Source of the DNA: Macrostomum lignano
Taxonomy: Eukaryota
DNA: 64,000 nucleotides
Direction of reading: 5' to 3'
NCBI GenBank assembly: GCA_002269645.1
Contig: NIVC01001494.1
Coordinates: forward strand, 62,001 to 126,000
The stretch's first letter is position 1. Each line of letters opens with the position of its first letter. A model generated the notes under the pieces. That model did not search any database and was not told the origin of the DNA. It was given only the letters and a program-made list of their open reading frames with translations. A program made the position numbers and the translations under genes. This document shows positions 24,268 to 37,639 of the stretch, one piece after another.

Positions 24268-24530
24268 TCTCCGCCGAGCCGAGGAGTCCGTGAACCAGGA
24301 TCTGGAGTGCCAGCTGCTTCTCCGCCGACCCAAGGAGTCCGTGAACCAGGATCTGGAGTGCCAGCTGTTTCTCCGCCGAGCCAAAGAGTCCGTGAACCAG
24401 GATCTGGAGTGCCAGCTGTTTCTCCGCCGAGCCAAGGAGTCCGTGAACCAGGATCTGGAGTGCCAGCTGCTTGTCTGCCGAGTTAAGGAGTCCGTGAACC
24501 AGGATCTGGAGTGCCAGCTGCTTGTCTGCT
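24268..24530. repeat. 60-bp tandem repeat, about 4.5 copies
   Basis: Unit contains GGAGTCCGTGAACCAGGATCTGGAGTGCCAGCTG. Confidence 0.9.
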
Positions 24531-24924
24531 GGTTTTAATTTCCACAAGCAGCTACCGCCTGTTTATGAGTACATCACTCATGATCTCATAATTTTTAAGT
24601 GGCCTATGGAGAGTTTAAAAAGCGTAAAAATGTGCAACGCCTTCGAAAAGCTGGCGGTGAGGCGATTCTGCCCATTCCTCTGACTCCTGAGCACACAGAT
24701 CAGATACAAGCGGGCCAATACTGTGCGCACGCACTCATGCTCACACAGGGTGTACAGCAGCCCTGGCTTTCTAATCGTCGGGCATGTACACTCTCGTGAA
24801 TGGCCTATTTTTCTTGCACAAACTTCAAATTATAGCGGCCAGTACGAAAGCGAACCAGGGGATGAAATTGGGAGAGAATCCCGAACTCACGCAAGCACTC
24901 ATGAACCACAGTCTCAAACTGCAC

Positions 24925-25430
24925 CTGCACGACAGCCTCAACCACCCGCACCACAGCCTCAACCACCTGCACCCACACCACAGCCTCAACCACCTGCACC
25001 ACAGCCTCAACCACCTGCACCACAGCCTCAACCACCTGCAACACAGCCTCAACCACCTGCACCACAGCCTCAACCTGCTCCTGCACCACAACCTCGACCT
25101 GCACCACAGCCTCAACCACCTGCACCACAACCTCAACCTGCACCACAGCCTCAACCACCTGCACCACAACCTCAACCTGCACCACAGCCTCAACCTGCAC
25201 CTGCACCACAACCTCAACCACCTGCACCACAGCCTCAACCACCTGCACCACAGCCTCAACCACCTGCACCACAGCCTCAACCTGCACCTGCACCACAACC
25301 TCAACCACCTGCACCACAGCCTCAACCACCTGCACCACAGTCTCAACCTGCACCACAGCCTCAACCACCTGCACCACAGCCTCAACCTGCACCTGCACCA
25401 CAGCCTCAACCTGCACCACTGCCTCAACAC
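24925..25430. repeat. 18/21-bp repeat (CACAGCCTCAACCACCTGCAC)
   Basis: Direct reading; encodes (PQPQPPA)n in one plus frame. Confidence 0.9.
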
Positions 25431-26180
25431 TGCGTCACCAACCGTTTGCTTAATCGTCTATCAATTGCCGTCACTTTGGTCCGGAGTTCTACTCTCTGCA
25501 GTCAGCTTTAACGGGGTCTTGAATAAGGGGGCCTTGCGGGTGAAGACTGGGCACTCCGGGTGATTTGGTTCAAGATCTCCTTGGCCCAACCACCCGCTGC
25601 AGTCGGCAGGAATCTGTTTGCATTCCAGCCCTCAGCTGGGTGTTTTCTGCTGGGGAAGGCAGTCCCTAATCAAGACAGCATTTTAAAAAAAGCAACAGAC
25701 TTCGCAGCGGAAAATTTACAACAATTTTTACAGCACCATCTAATTGGGCATTTTTGAGCCTCTGTAGGACTGAGGGAGCGGTTGGCTGACAAACCTGCTG
25801 TTATTTATTTATGACCTGCTCCAAAAACGGAAGCCGAAAGCACCCAAAAGCAGCAATTTTTTATTGCAAGCCGCACTGAGAATTTCCTCTCGCTTGCAAG
25901 TGGCTCGAAAAGTGCGGCGAATTTGAGCGGATTTGCTGGGCAAAAATTTCTATTCATTAAATTATATCAGTATGTAATCTGGGAGAGCTGCTCGTTTCAT
26001 AAACGCAATGAAAATATCGGTAAGTATTCACATTATATAACCTAATATTGACTAATGCTATTGATAGTAGTATTCAAAGAGAAAAGCGAGCATTTTTAGC
26101 TTGGCTGGAACGTGAACATGTATGATCAGCAGCCATTATTTTGTTTATAATATTTCTGTGGCTTTTGGTTGTTGGCACTG

Positions 26181-26370
26181 TGGCGCCAGCACCAGGGGCG
26201 CCAGCAACAGGGGCGCCAGCACCAGGGGCGCCAGCACCAGGGGCGCCAGCACCAGGGGCGCCAGCACCAGGGGCGCCAGCACCAGGGGCGCCAGCACCAG
26301 GGGCGCTAGCACCAGGGGCGCTAGCACCAGGGGTGCCAGCACCAGGGGCGCCAGCACCAGGGGCGCCAGC
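26181..26370. repeat. 15-bp repeat (CCAGCACCAGGGGCG)
   Basis: About 12 copies; encodes (PAPGA)n. Confidence 0.9.
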
Positions 26371-28176
26371 AGTTCAACCCCGCCCAGTTCAACAGCGAAT
26401 GTACTAATTAAATGCATAGCAAAATTTACTGTGTAGAAAATAAAGACGAAAAACATGTTGACACGGCAAAACCTCAGTTAGAACAAATAATATAAATGAG
26501 AGTAAGATCTTAGCACTTGCGCCCTGTAATCATTAATGCAAAAATATTTTCCTGAACAGGTACATGGCTGCAACTATTTAGAAAAAACATTTTTTTTCCA
26601 AAAAACGGGCCGGGGGGACTTCTGTAAATCTTGCTAGTTGCATTTTAATCTATTAACTGGCCGACAAAAACCTTCAGAATATACGAACGGCGCTTCCTTA
26701 TCGAAGTCGTCGTCCTTGAATTCTGGTAAACTGAACTCAAAGACAGTGACGAATTAATTGCTAAAAGTGGCAAATCCAAAATAAATTATAGCTTTGCATA
26801 GAATTTTTATTTTGAACAAAAATGTAATTAAAACTTCGCACCTTTCCTGTGGGCTGGTTTGTGCGGTGCAGAATGTTTGTATGCAATCGGACGTAATGGA
26901 TGACTATTTTTATACCGTTTCTGGGCTTTCACAATTTTACACTTTTAACTTTTGCCTTTGTTTGTGTCCCTCGAGTTTGACTCATAAATTATATAGTCCC
27001 TTCACTCAAGGGATTTCCGTCCCTTGAGTTTTGATGTGCATTGAAATATCAGTTTCGAAATGATTTCACTTGGGATTTGGATTTGCTTTGTTCCAAACCA
27101 AGGCAATTACAAATAAATATAAACAATCAACACATCTTATTTACCATCTAAAGCTTTCAGATGAGTCCGCTAAGTCAAGTCAAGTGAGTCAAGTCTGTGA
27201 TATCAAAATGAATATAATAACCTGTGTATGTGTTTTATGTACTAAAATGTAACCAACTGGCAAAGTACATCTCAGTTGTTAAAACCTTATAAAAAGGGCG
27301 TGGAATTTAAATTATCGAAGTTTCCAGAAATTTCTGCGTGACGACGACGATGGGGCTTTTCACATTACTAATTCCAGAACCAGAATCGGTTCGGATCTTC
27401 CAAGAAAAAGAACAGTATAACTATTTAACTTTGTTGAGTTGTTTGACTGCCTTAACAGCCTCACAATTTTTCACTTTCTTCTTGGCTATTGCCATTCAAT
27501 AATCACAACTTTAAAGCACTTGTTGTATCCCTTTAGCATAGGTGACAAAAAGTTATACTTTACAAATTGGATCTGGTTCTAGAACCAGAACAAGCAGTAT
27601 GAAAAGGCCTGATGATGCTAAGACTTGGCTTATTCTGCATTTATCTGTAAGCTTTATAAATGTAGTGTAGTTCTTGTTTTACCAGCATGGCATACTAGCA
27701 TTGCAGGTCAACATAGTGTCTAATACACTGTTTTACTGTTTACCATGATGGCCTACTTCTGATTATATTCTACTTTTTCTAATTCTACATTTCACATTTG
27801 AACATTTCTACTTACAATCTTACATTACATAATACATACTAACATACCATGGCAAGACAAAAGGAAAAAATGGGTGCAGTCAAATTTGTCATCTACAAAT
27901 AGGCCTACAGTTAATGTAGCTGAAAAAATGAAGATGCATATTTTTCTATATGATAGATTTGACAATTACATTTAATCAAAATTCTATAAATTCATAGACA
28001 TGATGGGTGATAAGCTTTATGATTTGGACTTAATTATTCTATCAAACTGTTAATCAATATTGTTTTTATTTCTTGTTTAACTTCAAGATACATAGATATG
28101 CACAAGCAGAATAAGACTAACTAAATGTTGTCCTAAAGTCATATAGACTACACTAAGATATTATAGGCTTACTATA

Positions 28177-28720
28177 CAAGGGCTACTTAATAAGTTCGTA
28201 GAAAATCCAATTTGCCCAAAATTTTACCTGCATAAGCAATAACCTAATGACATTTTTCAAAATAATTTCTAGCCAATTCCATGCATTTTTTCATGCAATG
28301 AAACCAAGCTTCAAAACAGTGTCTCAATTCCAGCTGTGAGACAATCTAAAGCTCAGTTCTCAGTACATTTCCAGCTCTTGACAGCAACAAAATTGCTTTC
28401 CCTTCAAGTTCTTCTTAATCCTAGGAAAGAGAAAAAAGTCAGAGGGCACAAGATCTAGTGAGTAAGGCGTAAGCTGGATATGGCAGCAGCGTCAGCTGAG
28501 TTGACTAGAGAAACTGCTGTCACCCTAGCGCGGTATGTAGGTGCATTGCCATGATGCAGCAGAATCTTGCATTCTTTTGTCTTTAAATGCTGCTAAGTGA
28601 GACTTTTGAGCACTTGTAGCAGACAGACGGTTGAGTACCATTCACTGGTCACTGTGGCACCATCCTCAAGTAGCACAGGTAACAGGATGCCGCATTGTCT
28701 GAAAAAAAACCACCATGTCA
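28177..28720 (-). mobile_element. Mariner transposase remnant (C-terminal half plus one TIR)
   Basis: Minus-strand translation with stops and shifts: FFRQCGIL...GATVTSEWYSTVCL...ILLHHGNAP...PYSLDLVPSDFFLFPRIKKNLKGKQF...CFEAWFHCMKKCMELARNYFEK. TA|CAAGGGCTACTTAATAAGTTCG is a TIR-like end at 28175. Confidence 0.85.
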
Positions 28721-30545
28721 ATCTGGCAACAATTAGTATAGTGCAACTAAAGCTAACAAATCAACAATTTAGCATTTACATAGATTATTAGAGCTATGAT
28801 TATTAATAAATTTTTTTATATTATATTTTGCAAATGTTTTTCTATGTAGAATTTGTTAAATTAAATGAAATATTTATAACTATATGTTGCATTTTCCTAT
28901 GTAAACATGGCAAATGCATATGTCAAAAAATAATAAGACTAAAAACTAAGCTAACAACATTTAAATTAGATTTAAATTGATACTGAGAGAGAAGGAGCAG
29001 TAAGTGGGCGCAAGGCCCAAACTGATATATTTATATAACATTAACTTTGGGGTGCAAAGATAAGACAAAGGGGTGGAGTGGAGTGCGCGACCAAGGAAAG
29101 AGGCGAGAACAGAGAGCCAATTAGAATGTAGCAAGGGAGAGAAAGATAAGAATAACAAGATTGAGCAAGACAGAGAGAGAAAAAACAGAGTAAACAGAGA
29201 CAAGTAAAGGTGAACTAAAGAAATGACTAAGAAAGTTGCAACAGCATGGAAGTTGCAATGAAACCAGCAATTTTTGAGTTCTCTGATTCTCAAATATTGT
29301 TAAAAGAAAAAAGAATCTGAGCAATTACCAGTAATTGCTTAAAAGCTTTGTATTTATATAGTTCATGTGCAGCAACAAATAAATGAATATAAATGAGCTC
29401 CAATTTATAAGACATATAATAAAGTATTTGTATTTTGTTATAGATAGCTCAGAAAGTAAAATTTAATTACTACAGTAACTTAATTTAGGATTGACGCATC
29501 CTTGATTAGAACAAAAGCATTATACACACATATAAGCCTAAAGCATTAGATGCAATCCTAAAATCCATAAAATCTATTAAAAAATCTGTCGCCAGATCCT
29601 CTGTCACCACTTTGACTTGTCGCCAGATTATCTGTCGTTAGATCATCTTTTTGCCAAATTGACTGGAAGCCCTAAGGAATTACTCAATGCTAAAATAATT
29701 AAATATTTGAACAATATGCTTTTTATATACATAAATCAAATAGATTTTTTATGAATGCATTGTTACAATTGTAGAGAAAAACTAACTAAATTGTGAATTT
29801 ATAAAGATTATAATATAATAGGTTGTTTCTTTATTGTTAGTTTATTGGTTAAATTGATTCTAATTTGAATTATATCACAATATTGAAAACCATATGTAAG
29901 CATAGTATAAGACTTACTTTTGATTGTATAACTATATTGTTAACTTCAATAATGGCAACTGATACTACTGATACTGACTGATAGCGAATTGATTATAAAA
30001 CTCTCTTGTGGTTTTTATTCTAAACTATGTGAATATTGAATCATAAGTACTATAATTCATGTAATTGATTTGATAAAAGCTAGCCTAGATACAAATTATT
30101 TGAACTGCTAATACAGTAATATACATTCAGATTTTTATTGTGTAAATTTTTTTACTACAAGCTTTTTTAAACAGAAGAAATCTCAAACAAAGATTGCTAT
30201 ATCAAATATTAAACAAAGCATCATGTTAAACAAATAAACAAATTATTTGTGGATGGTGATGATTTTTTTATATAAACAAATATCAAACATTTAATTTAAT
30301 ATCAAACATTAGGGTATCATGTCAAATGTAATAGAAATGCCATATCAACCATAAAAGCAGTGTCATGTCAAAAATAAAAGAAGTGTCTTTTTTAACATGA
30401 AATATGTGCCACATCAAACATAAAAGAAGCATTATGTCAAACAAAAGATTGGGGAATTGCTAAGATACCAAGGCTCATGGAGAAAGGGCCTATCAACTTA
30501 AGCTCAATCTTTTTTTATATGAATTGCAGCAGCTCTGACTCTGCC

Positions 30546-32093
30546 ATGGCCAAGTGGGGCGAAGGCGATCCGCGCTGGATAGTGGAGGAGCGGGCAGACG
30601 CCAAGAATGTCAACAACTGGCACTGGACGGAGAAGAACGCCACCCAGTGGTCCAAGGACAAGCTGCGCGAGCTGCTGGTGGGCTTCAAGGTCAGCGAGGC
30701 CGACAGCTTCGAGTTCCGGGTGTCCGACATGCCCAAGTGCGACGGCGAGGCCACGGCGAATAACCGCAAGGCCAAGCTGATTTTCTTCTACGAATGGACC
30801 ATCACGCTGGACTGGGAGGGCCAGCTGCTGGGCTGCGACAACAAGACCAAGTTCAAGGGTAAGGTCGAGGTCATCAACCTGTCGGAGGAGAACAGCGCCA
30901 GCGAGATCGATATGGACGTGTCGGTGGAGTCCAGCTCTAATGATGCCTTCAAGCTGAAGGAGCTGGTGCGCCGGGTGGCTGTGCCTCGGCTGCAGACCCA
31001 ACTGGGGATGTACATCGACCAGCTGCGGACCGAGTTCTCCCAGGTGAGCTCTGCACTGCTGGCACTGCCTTGTGTCTGAGGACTCAGTCTGCTGGCACTT
31101 AGGTGTGTCTGAGGACCCAGTCTGATAGCACTGCCGTGTGTCTGAGGACCCAGTCTGCTGGCGCTGCCGTGTGTCTGAGGACCCAGTCTGCTGGCGCTGC
31201 CGTGTGTCTGAGGACCCAGTCTGCTGGCACTTAGATGTGTCTGAGGACCCAGTCTGCTAGCACTGCCATGTGTCTGAGGACCCAGTCCGCCAGCAGCATA
31301 CTCGTGTATTTTCTAACCTCACACAAACCTCACCCCCCCCCCGCCAGAACCTGATTCTGCCCACCAAAGGCGACACCGGAAAGCCGGCGCCGGCCACCTC
31401 CAACGCTGCAGCCCCGGCCGCCTCCACGGTGACTCGCGACCGCACCGTCATCGCGGGCAGCGACGGCCCCAAGGCTCCGTCCGGCTCAGCCGATTCCTCT
31501 GGCGCCCGCCTGGCCACCAAGAAGCTGACCTTCAAGGAGGAGTTCTTCTGCGCCCCCGAAGACCTGTTCCGCGTGTTCACCCAGGAGCACCTGCTGGCCG
31601 CCTTTGTCCGCGCCCGCGCCACCGCCGATGCTCGGGAGGGCGGCGAGTTCAGCCTCTGTGACGGCTCCATCACCGGCTTCTTCGACGAGCTGGTGAGTGC
31701 ACGGCGACCTGCCTGACGCCAGGGATTTTTTAGTAAATTCAGTACAGGGATATCTGTGAGTTTCTGTGTGCCAAAGTTAGGACTCGAACCCGCGGTCACC
31801 TGCGGTAGCAATAAGTAGCACGCATACTATAAGTCAGCATTGGCCTTCATACTCACCCCTCACTCCAGCTGCCACCCGACCGCCTGGTGATGCGCTGGCG
31901 CCACCGGAAGTGGCCGGCCGGCCACCATTCAATTTGCGAGCTGAAGTTCCGGCCAAGCGACGGCGGCACCCAACTGGAGCTGGTGCAGACGCAGGTGCCC
32001 GAGAAGGAGGTGGAGTTCACCCGCAACAGCTGGCAGGAGCACTACTTCAGGGCTATCAAACAGACCTTCGGCTACGGCGGCAAACTGTTTTGA
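30546..32093 (+). CDS. AHSA1: Activator of Hsp90 ATPase (AHA1), about 355 aa
   Basis: Exons 30546-31043, 31348-31692 and 31869-32093, all phase 0, GT-AG. MAKWGEGDPRWIVEERADAKNVNNWHW N-terminus and START-like C-domain (GEFSLCDGSITG, WQEHYFRAIKQTFGYG). AATAAA at 32254. Confidence 0.97.
31060..31290. repeat. 33-bp minisatellite in AHA1 intron 1
   Basis: Unit GTGTCTGAGGACCCAGTCTGCTGGCACTGCCGT, about 7 copies. Confidence 0.9.
31730..31845 (-). mobile_element. Possible degenerate tRNA-derived SINE in AHA1 intron 2
   Basis: B-box GGGTTCGAGTCC at 31791-31780; A-box poorly conserved. Confidence 0.35.
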
Positions 32094-32635
32094 TTGGCGC
32101 TCTGCCAATTATAACATTCTGCTACTATCTGCTTTATTTTCCATCCCAGACTTAAGTAGTATATAGGCACAGCCGTTCGGCATCCCAGATCCGCTACTAT
32201 CCAGATCAATTCAATTTAGCAGCTTTCAAGGATTAACATAGTAACTAATTTATAATAAACGACAATTAATTATTTTGTATTGCGTAATACTATTACGTAA
32301 AAGTTTTGTTTGGTTGTGTGATTCAAAGCAATTTAAACTTAAATATAAAGTATTGTTGACTTTGTAACACTACTGATCAGTAGTGCGCGCAGCAATTTAC
32401 TCCCCATAGTCCCAGATTTAAAGTTAAATGGTTCAATTCACAGTCGGGTCCGGGATCTATTGCATTTTCCACCTTTTTGTACCCCTTTTTCTCTCTCAGC
32501 CGCAGATACTGGAATAACCAGGTGTGTCATCCGCAATTAAAGATGTAAAAAAGCAAAGCGTCTACTCTTATCAGTAGTTTGTCTGCGTTTTGTCACTTTA
32601 ATTTAATCTGGCAGCTAAAATTTCCTTTCCTTCCT

Positions 32636-32765
32636 CGGGGGCAGCCTCAATCTAGCTCAGCCAATGAGAGGGCACTAAGGAAAGAAGTCAGATTTAGACG
32701 GACGAAACCCAACCTAAGGGGGCAGGCCCAATCTAGCTCAGCCAATGAAAGGGCAGTGAGGAAAG
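32636..32765 (+). promoter_or_regulatory. Duplicated CCAAT-box unit upstream of SCaMC
   Basis: Two roughly 85-bp copies, each with CTCAGCCAATGA(G/A)AGGGC (NF-Y-type consensus). Confidence 0.5.
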
Positions 32766-33399
32766 ACGTTAAAGTCAAACACGCGTGCAAGCAAAAAGCC
32801 TGGCTGGGTACTGGGGCGCCACGCCTTTTCTCTCTGGCTCGCTATGCACACGCATAGGGTTAGGGTTTTTTAGTTTTCCTGCCATCTTCAGCCTACTGAA
32901 GAGTAAATGAGCGCATTTTTACGAGTGAAATCTAATTACTCTAGTATCTGTGCTCTCAACTGGATGGAAAGCTGGTCCGGCTGTTTCATTTCAAAGAACC
33001 CTAGAAGTAAAAGATATGGGATATTGTTTCTTAGAAAACGTTTCCTATCTCCGGTTGTCATTAAGTTCACTATGCACTTTATTAAAATGCTTGCAAAAGA
33101 AGCTTGCGATCTGTCAGACCGGGCAAGCTGCGGGTCTGCCATCTGCCCGCCATTCAGTGACTCCGTTTGCTTATTCACATTTTTCTGCATCTCCTGTGCG
33201 CTTCGGTTTTTCAAAGTACATAAAAGTACATGTGGTTGCGCCTGCTCTGAGACACAAAATTTCTACATAATCTTTGATGCCGTGGGCCTTCTGATTATGT
33301 GTTTTGTTCTTTTTTATTTTTAAATTTGAATTTAGAGGAACGCTTGTCAATATTCTAAGGAATTCTTCAATAATACCAATCGGTTCCATCCCTGTTTGA

Positions 33400-33680
33400 T
33401 GATACCACTGTCCCCATCCCAGTCTGAGAATTCCACTGTCCCCATCCCAGTCTGAGAATCCCACTGTCCCCATCCCAGTCTGAGAATCCCACTGTCCCCA
33501 TCCCAGTCTGAGAATCCCACTGTCCCCATCCCAGTCTGAGAATCCCACTGTCCCCATCTCAGTCTGAGAATCCCACTGTCCCCATCCCAGTCTGAGAATC
33601 CCACTGTCCCCATCCCAGTCTGAGAATCCCACTGTCCCCATCCCAGTCTGAGAATCCCACTGTCCCCATCCCAGTCTGAG
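33400..33680. repeat. 28-bp minisatellite
   Basis: Unit CCCACTGTCCCCATCCCAGTCTGAGAAT, about 10 copies. Confidence 0.95.
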
Positions 33681-33726
33681 AACTGGCCATGATAATCCCA
33701 TTGTCCTAATGCATGTTTCAGGGCCG

Positions 33727-36700
33727 ATGTCGAAGGACGGCAAAAAGCCTTACAATGCGGAGGCGGAGCGCGCCCGCATCGCCCGGCTGTTCAAGCAGCT
33801 GGACAAGGACGGCGACGGCCGCATCAGCGCCTCGGAGCTCAGCGCCGCCCTGAAGCAGCAGTACGGCCAGGAGGCCAAGCGACTGGAGGCGGCCGAACGC
33901 GTCATCCAGGCCAGCGACTCGAACGCGGACGCGGGCCTCGATATGGACGAATTCGTCCGCTACGTCACAGATCAGAACAGGCGGCTCCGCCTGGCCTTCA
34001 AGGAGCTGGACAAGAACAAGGACGACCGCATCGATGCCGAGGAGATCCAGGCGGCCATGCTGGAGCTCGGCATCAAGCTCAACAAAGCAGAGGCTGAGCA
34101 GCTGCTCAACAAACTCGACAAGGACGGCTCGCTGAGCATTAATTATGAGGTGAGTGGCTGAGGCCTGGCGCTGGCCCATTTCGGGCCCTGGATGAGTCGC
34201 ATGGAGAGGCAGCGGGCCCTGGATGAGCCGCATGGAGACGCAGCGGGCCCTGGATGAGCCGGATGGAAAGGCAGCGGGCCCTGGATGAGCCGCATGGAGA
34301 CGCAGCGGGCCCTGGATGAGCCGCATGGAGAGGCAGCGGGCCCTGGATGAGCCGCATGGAGAGGCAGCGGGCCCTGGATGAGCCGCATGGAGAGGCAGCG
34401 GGCTCTGGATGAGCCGCATTGAGCTTCATAATAATTCCTGTATTTCTGCGTTGTACGCACTCCGCCATCCATCTTGTTTGCTCAGGTCGCATTGATACAT
34501 CGGTTGCCCCCAGTGACCCGGGACTACGGAAAGGGTAAATAGTGTGTTATGGTGTGAGCTAATACCCAGATTATTATTAATAACGTATAAATATCGGCTG
34601 CTGGCATTGTATGCCGCTCCGCTTTAGAGATGTTGGACCTGCCACTTGCTCACACGCTGCATGTCGTGGCGTGGCGGAGCCACTGATTGCCCGCTTGTCA
34701 CTGTTGTGTCTTCGCCGCATTTTTATTGTTAGGCCTTCATCATAGCTGTTGGCTTCCAGCAGCCCCCTCGTATTTTGCTTAATGTACTTTTATTTTATAC
34801 TTTTCCTTGGATGTAAATTCATTTTGTTGTACCGGTACCAACCCGTTAATTTGGTTCTGTTTCGAATTTGGGATCACTGCTCCCAAGTCCATTGATCGCA
34901 CTATGATCATAATGGGACAATTCTCCCAACTCCTTCAATCACACCCTAATCATAATGGGATAATTCTCCCAACTCCCTCAATCACACCCTAATCATAATG
35001 GGACAATTCTCCCAATTCCCTCAATCGCACCCTTATCATAATGGGATGATTCTCTTTATTCCCCCAATCGCACCCTAATCATAATGGGATGATTCTCCCA
35101 ACTCCCTCAATCACACCTTAATCATGATGGGATGATTCTCCCTACTCCCTCAATCGCACCCTAATCATAATGGGATAATTATCCCAACTCCCTCAATCGC
35201 ACCCTAATCATAATGGGATGATTCTCCCAACTCCCTCAATTGCACCCTAATCATAGTGGGATAATTCTCCCAACTCCCTCAATCGCACTCTAATCATAAT
35301 GGGATAATTCTCCCAACTCCCTCAATCGCACTCTAATCATAATGGGATAATTCTCCCAACTCCCTCAATCGAACCCTAATCATAATGGGATAATTCTCCC
35401 AACTCCCTCAATCGCACCCAAACCATAATGGGATAATTCTCCCAACTCGCTCAATCGCACCCTAACCATAATGGGATAATTCTCCCAACTCCCTCAATCG
35501 CACCCTAACCATAATGGGATAATTCTCCCAACTCCCTCAATCGCACCCTAACCATAATGGGATAATTCTCCCAACTCCCTCAATCGCACCCTAATCATAA
35601 TGGGATAGTTCTCGCATCGCGCAGGAGTGGCGCGACTTCCTGCTGCTGACGGGCCGGCACTCGGTAGATGAGATCTTCATGCTGATGCGCCGAGCCTCCA
35701 GCTTCGACATCGGCGAGAGCTTCGTGATCCCCGACGATTACACACCGGAGGAGCGGCAGTCCGGCGTGGCCTGGAAGACGCTCGTCTCCGGCGGCCTGGC
35801 CGGCGCCGTTTCCCGCAGCGCCACGGCGCCGCTGGACCGCCTGAAGGTGGCCTGGCAGGCCAGCGCCGGCTCCAAGGACAGCCACGGCGCCAAGGCCTCG
35901 ATGTGGCGCGGCATCGCCGGCATGGTGACAGAGGGCGGCGTGGCCAGTCTGTGGCGCGGCAACGGCGTCAACTGCATCAAGATCGCCCCGGAGTCCGCCA
36001 TCAAGTTCCTGGCCTACGAGACCTACAAGGGCCTGATTGTGGGCGAATCAAAGCGGCCGGTGAGGCTTACCTGGATCCTGCTTTCTCCTTTTTAGGATAT
36101 TTGTAATTACTTATCTAGAGGGCTGTCTTTTGAGTAGATCTCTATATGCGGGAATTGGCAGATCCCCATTTTAAAAGAATCGGCAGATCCCCATTTGGGA
36201 GAATCGGCAGATCCCCATTTGGGAGAATCGGCAGATCCCCATTTGGGAGAATCGGTAGATCCCCATTTGGGAGAATCGGCAGATCCCCATTTGGGAGAAT
36301 CGGCAGATCCCCATTTGGGAGAATCGGCAGATCCCCATTTGGGAGAATCGGTAGATCCCCATTTGGGAGAATCGGTAGATCCCCATTTGGGAGAATCGGT
36401 AGATCCCCATTTGGGAGAATCGGTAGATCCCCATTTGGGAGAATCGGTAGATCCCCATTTGGGAGAATCGGCAGATCCCCATTTGGGAGAATCGGTAGAT
36501 CCCCATTTGGGAGAATCGGTAGATCCCCATTTGGGAGAATCGGCAGATCCCCATTTGGGAGAATCGGCAGATCCCCATTTGGGAGAATCGGCAGATCCCC
36601 ATTTTAAAAGAATCGGCAGATCCCCATTTGGGAGAATCGGCAGATCCCCATTTGGGAGAATCGGCAGATCCCCATTTGGGAGAATCGGTAGATCCCCATT

Positions 36701-37561
36701 TGGGAGAATCGGCAGATCCCCATTTGGGAGAATCGGTAGATCCCCATTTGGAGAATCGGTAGATCCCCATTTGGGAGAATCGGCAGATCCCCATTTGGGA
36801 GAATCGGCAGATCCCCATTTGGGAGAATCGGTAGATCCCCATTTGGGAGAATCGGCAGATCCCCATTTGGGAGAATCGGTAGATCCCCATTTGGGAGAAT
36901 CGGTAGATCCCCATTTGGGAGAATCGGCAGATCCCCATTTGGGAGAATCGTTAGTCCCTATTGTTGAAGCAAAACCTTATCCCTCTCTTCCCTCCAGGTG
37001 CAGCTGCACGAGAAGTTCGTTGCCGGCGCCCTGGCCGGGGCCACGGCGCAGACGCTGATCTACCCGCTGGAGGTGCTGAAGACGCGGATGTGCCTGCGCA
37101 AGACCGGCCAGTACTCATCGCTGTTTGACTGCGCCCGCAAGGTGTACGCGGAGGGCGGAGCGGCCATCTTCTACCGCGGCTACGTGCCCAACATGCTGGG
37201 CATCCTGCCATACGCCGGCATCGACCTCGCCCTGTACGAGACCTTCAAGCAGACCTACCAGAAGTGGCGCGGCAACGAGAGCGGCAGCCCGCCCATCTAC
37301 GTGTCCCTGGTGGCCGGCGCCGTGTCCTCCGTGTGCGGCCAGGTGGCCACCTACCCGCTGGCTCTGGTGCGCACCAAGCTGCAGGCCCGCATCGGCGGCG
37401 GCGGCGGCCTCGGCAGCATGTTCGCCGACATCCTCAAGCGGGAGGGCGTCCGCGGCCTCTACCGTGGCATGGGGCCGAACATGCTGAAGGTGATCCCCGC
37501 CGTCAGCATCTCCTACGCCACCTTCGATGAGATGAGGCGCAGGCTGGGGCTCATCAAGTGA
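33727..37561 (+). CDS. SCaMC: Ca2+-binding mitochondrial ATP-Mg/Pi carrier (SCaMC, SLC25A23/24/25 family), about 473 aa
   Basis: Exons 33727-34149 (EF-hands [18 protein letters not shown]), 35625-36059 ([28 protein letters not shown]) and 36998-37561 ([40 protein letters not shown]). All phase 0, GT-AG. Start codon slightly uncertain. Confidence 0.96.
34180..34420. repeat. 31-bp minisatellite in SCaMC intron 1
   Basis: Unit GGGCCCTGGATGAGCCGCATGGAGAGGCAGC. Confidence 0.9.
34900..35606. repeat. 43-bp minisatellite in SCaMC intron 1
   Basis: Unit CCTAATCATAATGGGATAATTCTCCCAACTCCCTCAATCGCAC, about 16 copies, ending about 20 bp before the acceptor. Confidence 0.95.
36150..36950. repeat. 24-bp minisatellite in SCaMC intron 2
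   Basis: Unit GATCCCCATTTGGGAGAATCGG(C/T)A, about 33 copies. Confidence 0.97.
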
Positions 37562-37639
37562 GCACCTAGAGGAAGCTGGCTGGCTGTCACTGCAAATCGA
37601 CATAAAATCCCTTCATTAAAGATCCCATCAGGATATCCG

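Noticed and set aside
27350-27612. Harbinger-like MITE (GGCTTTTCA...TGAAAAGGCC)
   Set aside because: The inverted match is only about 9 bp with no clear TSD.
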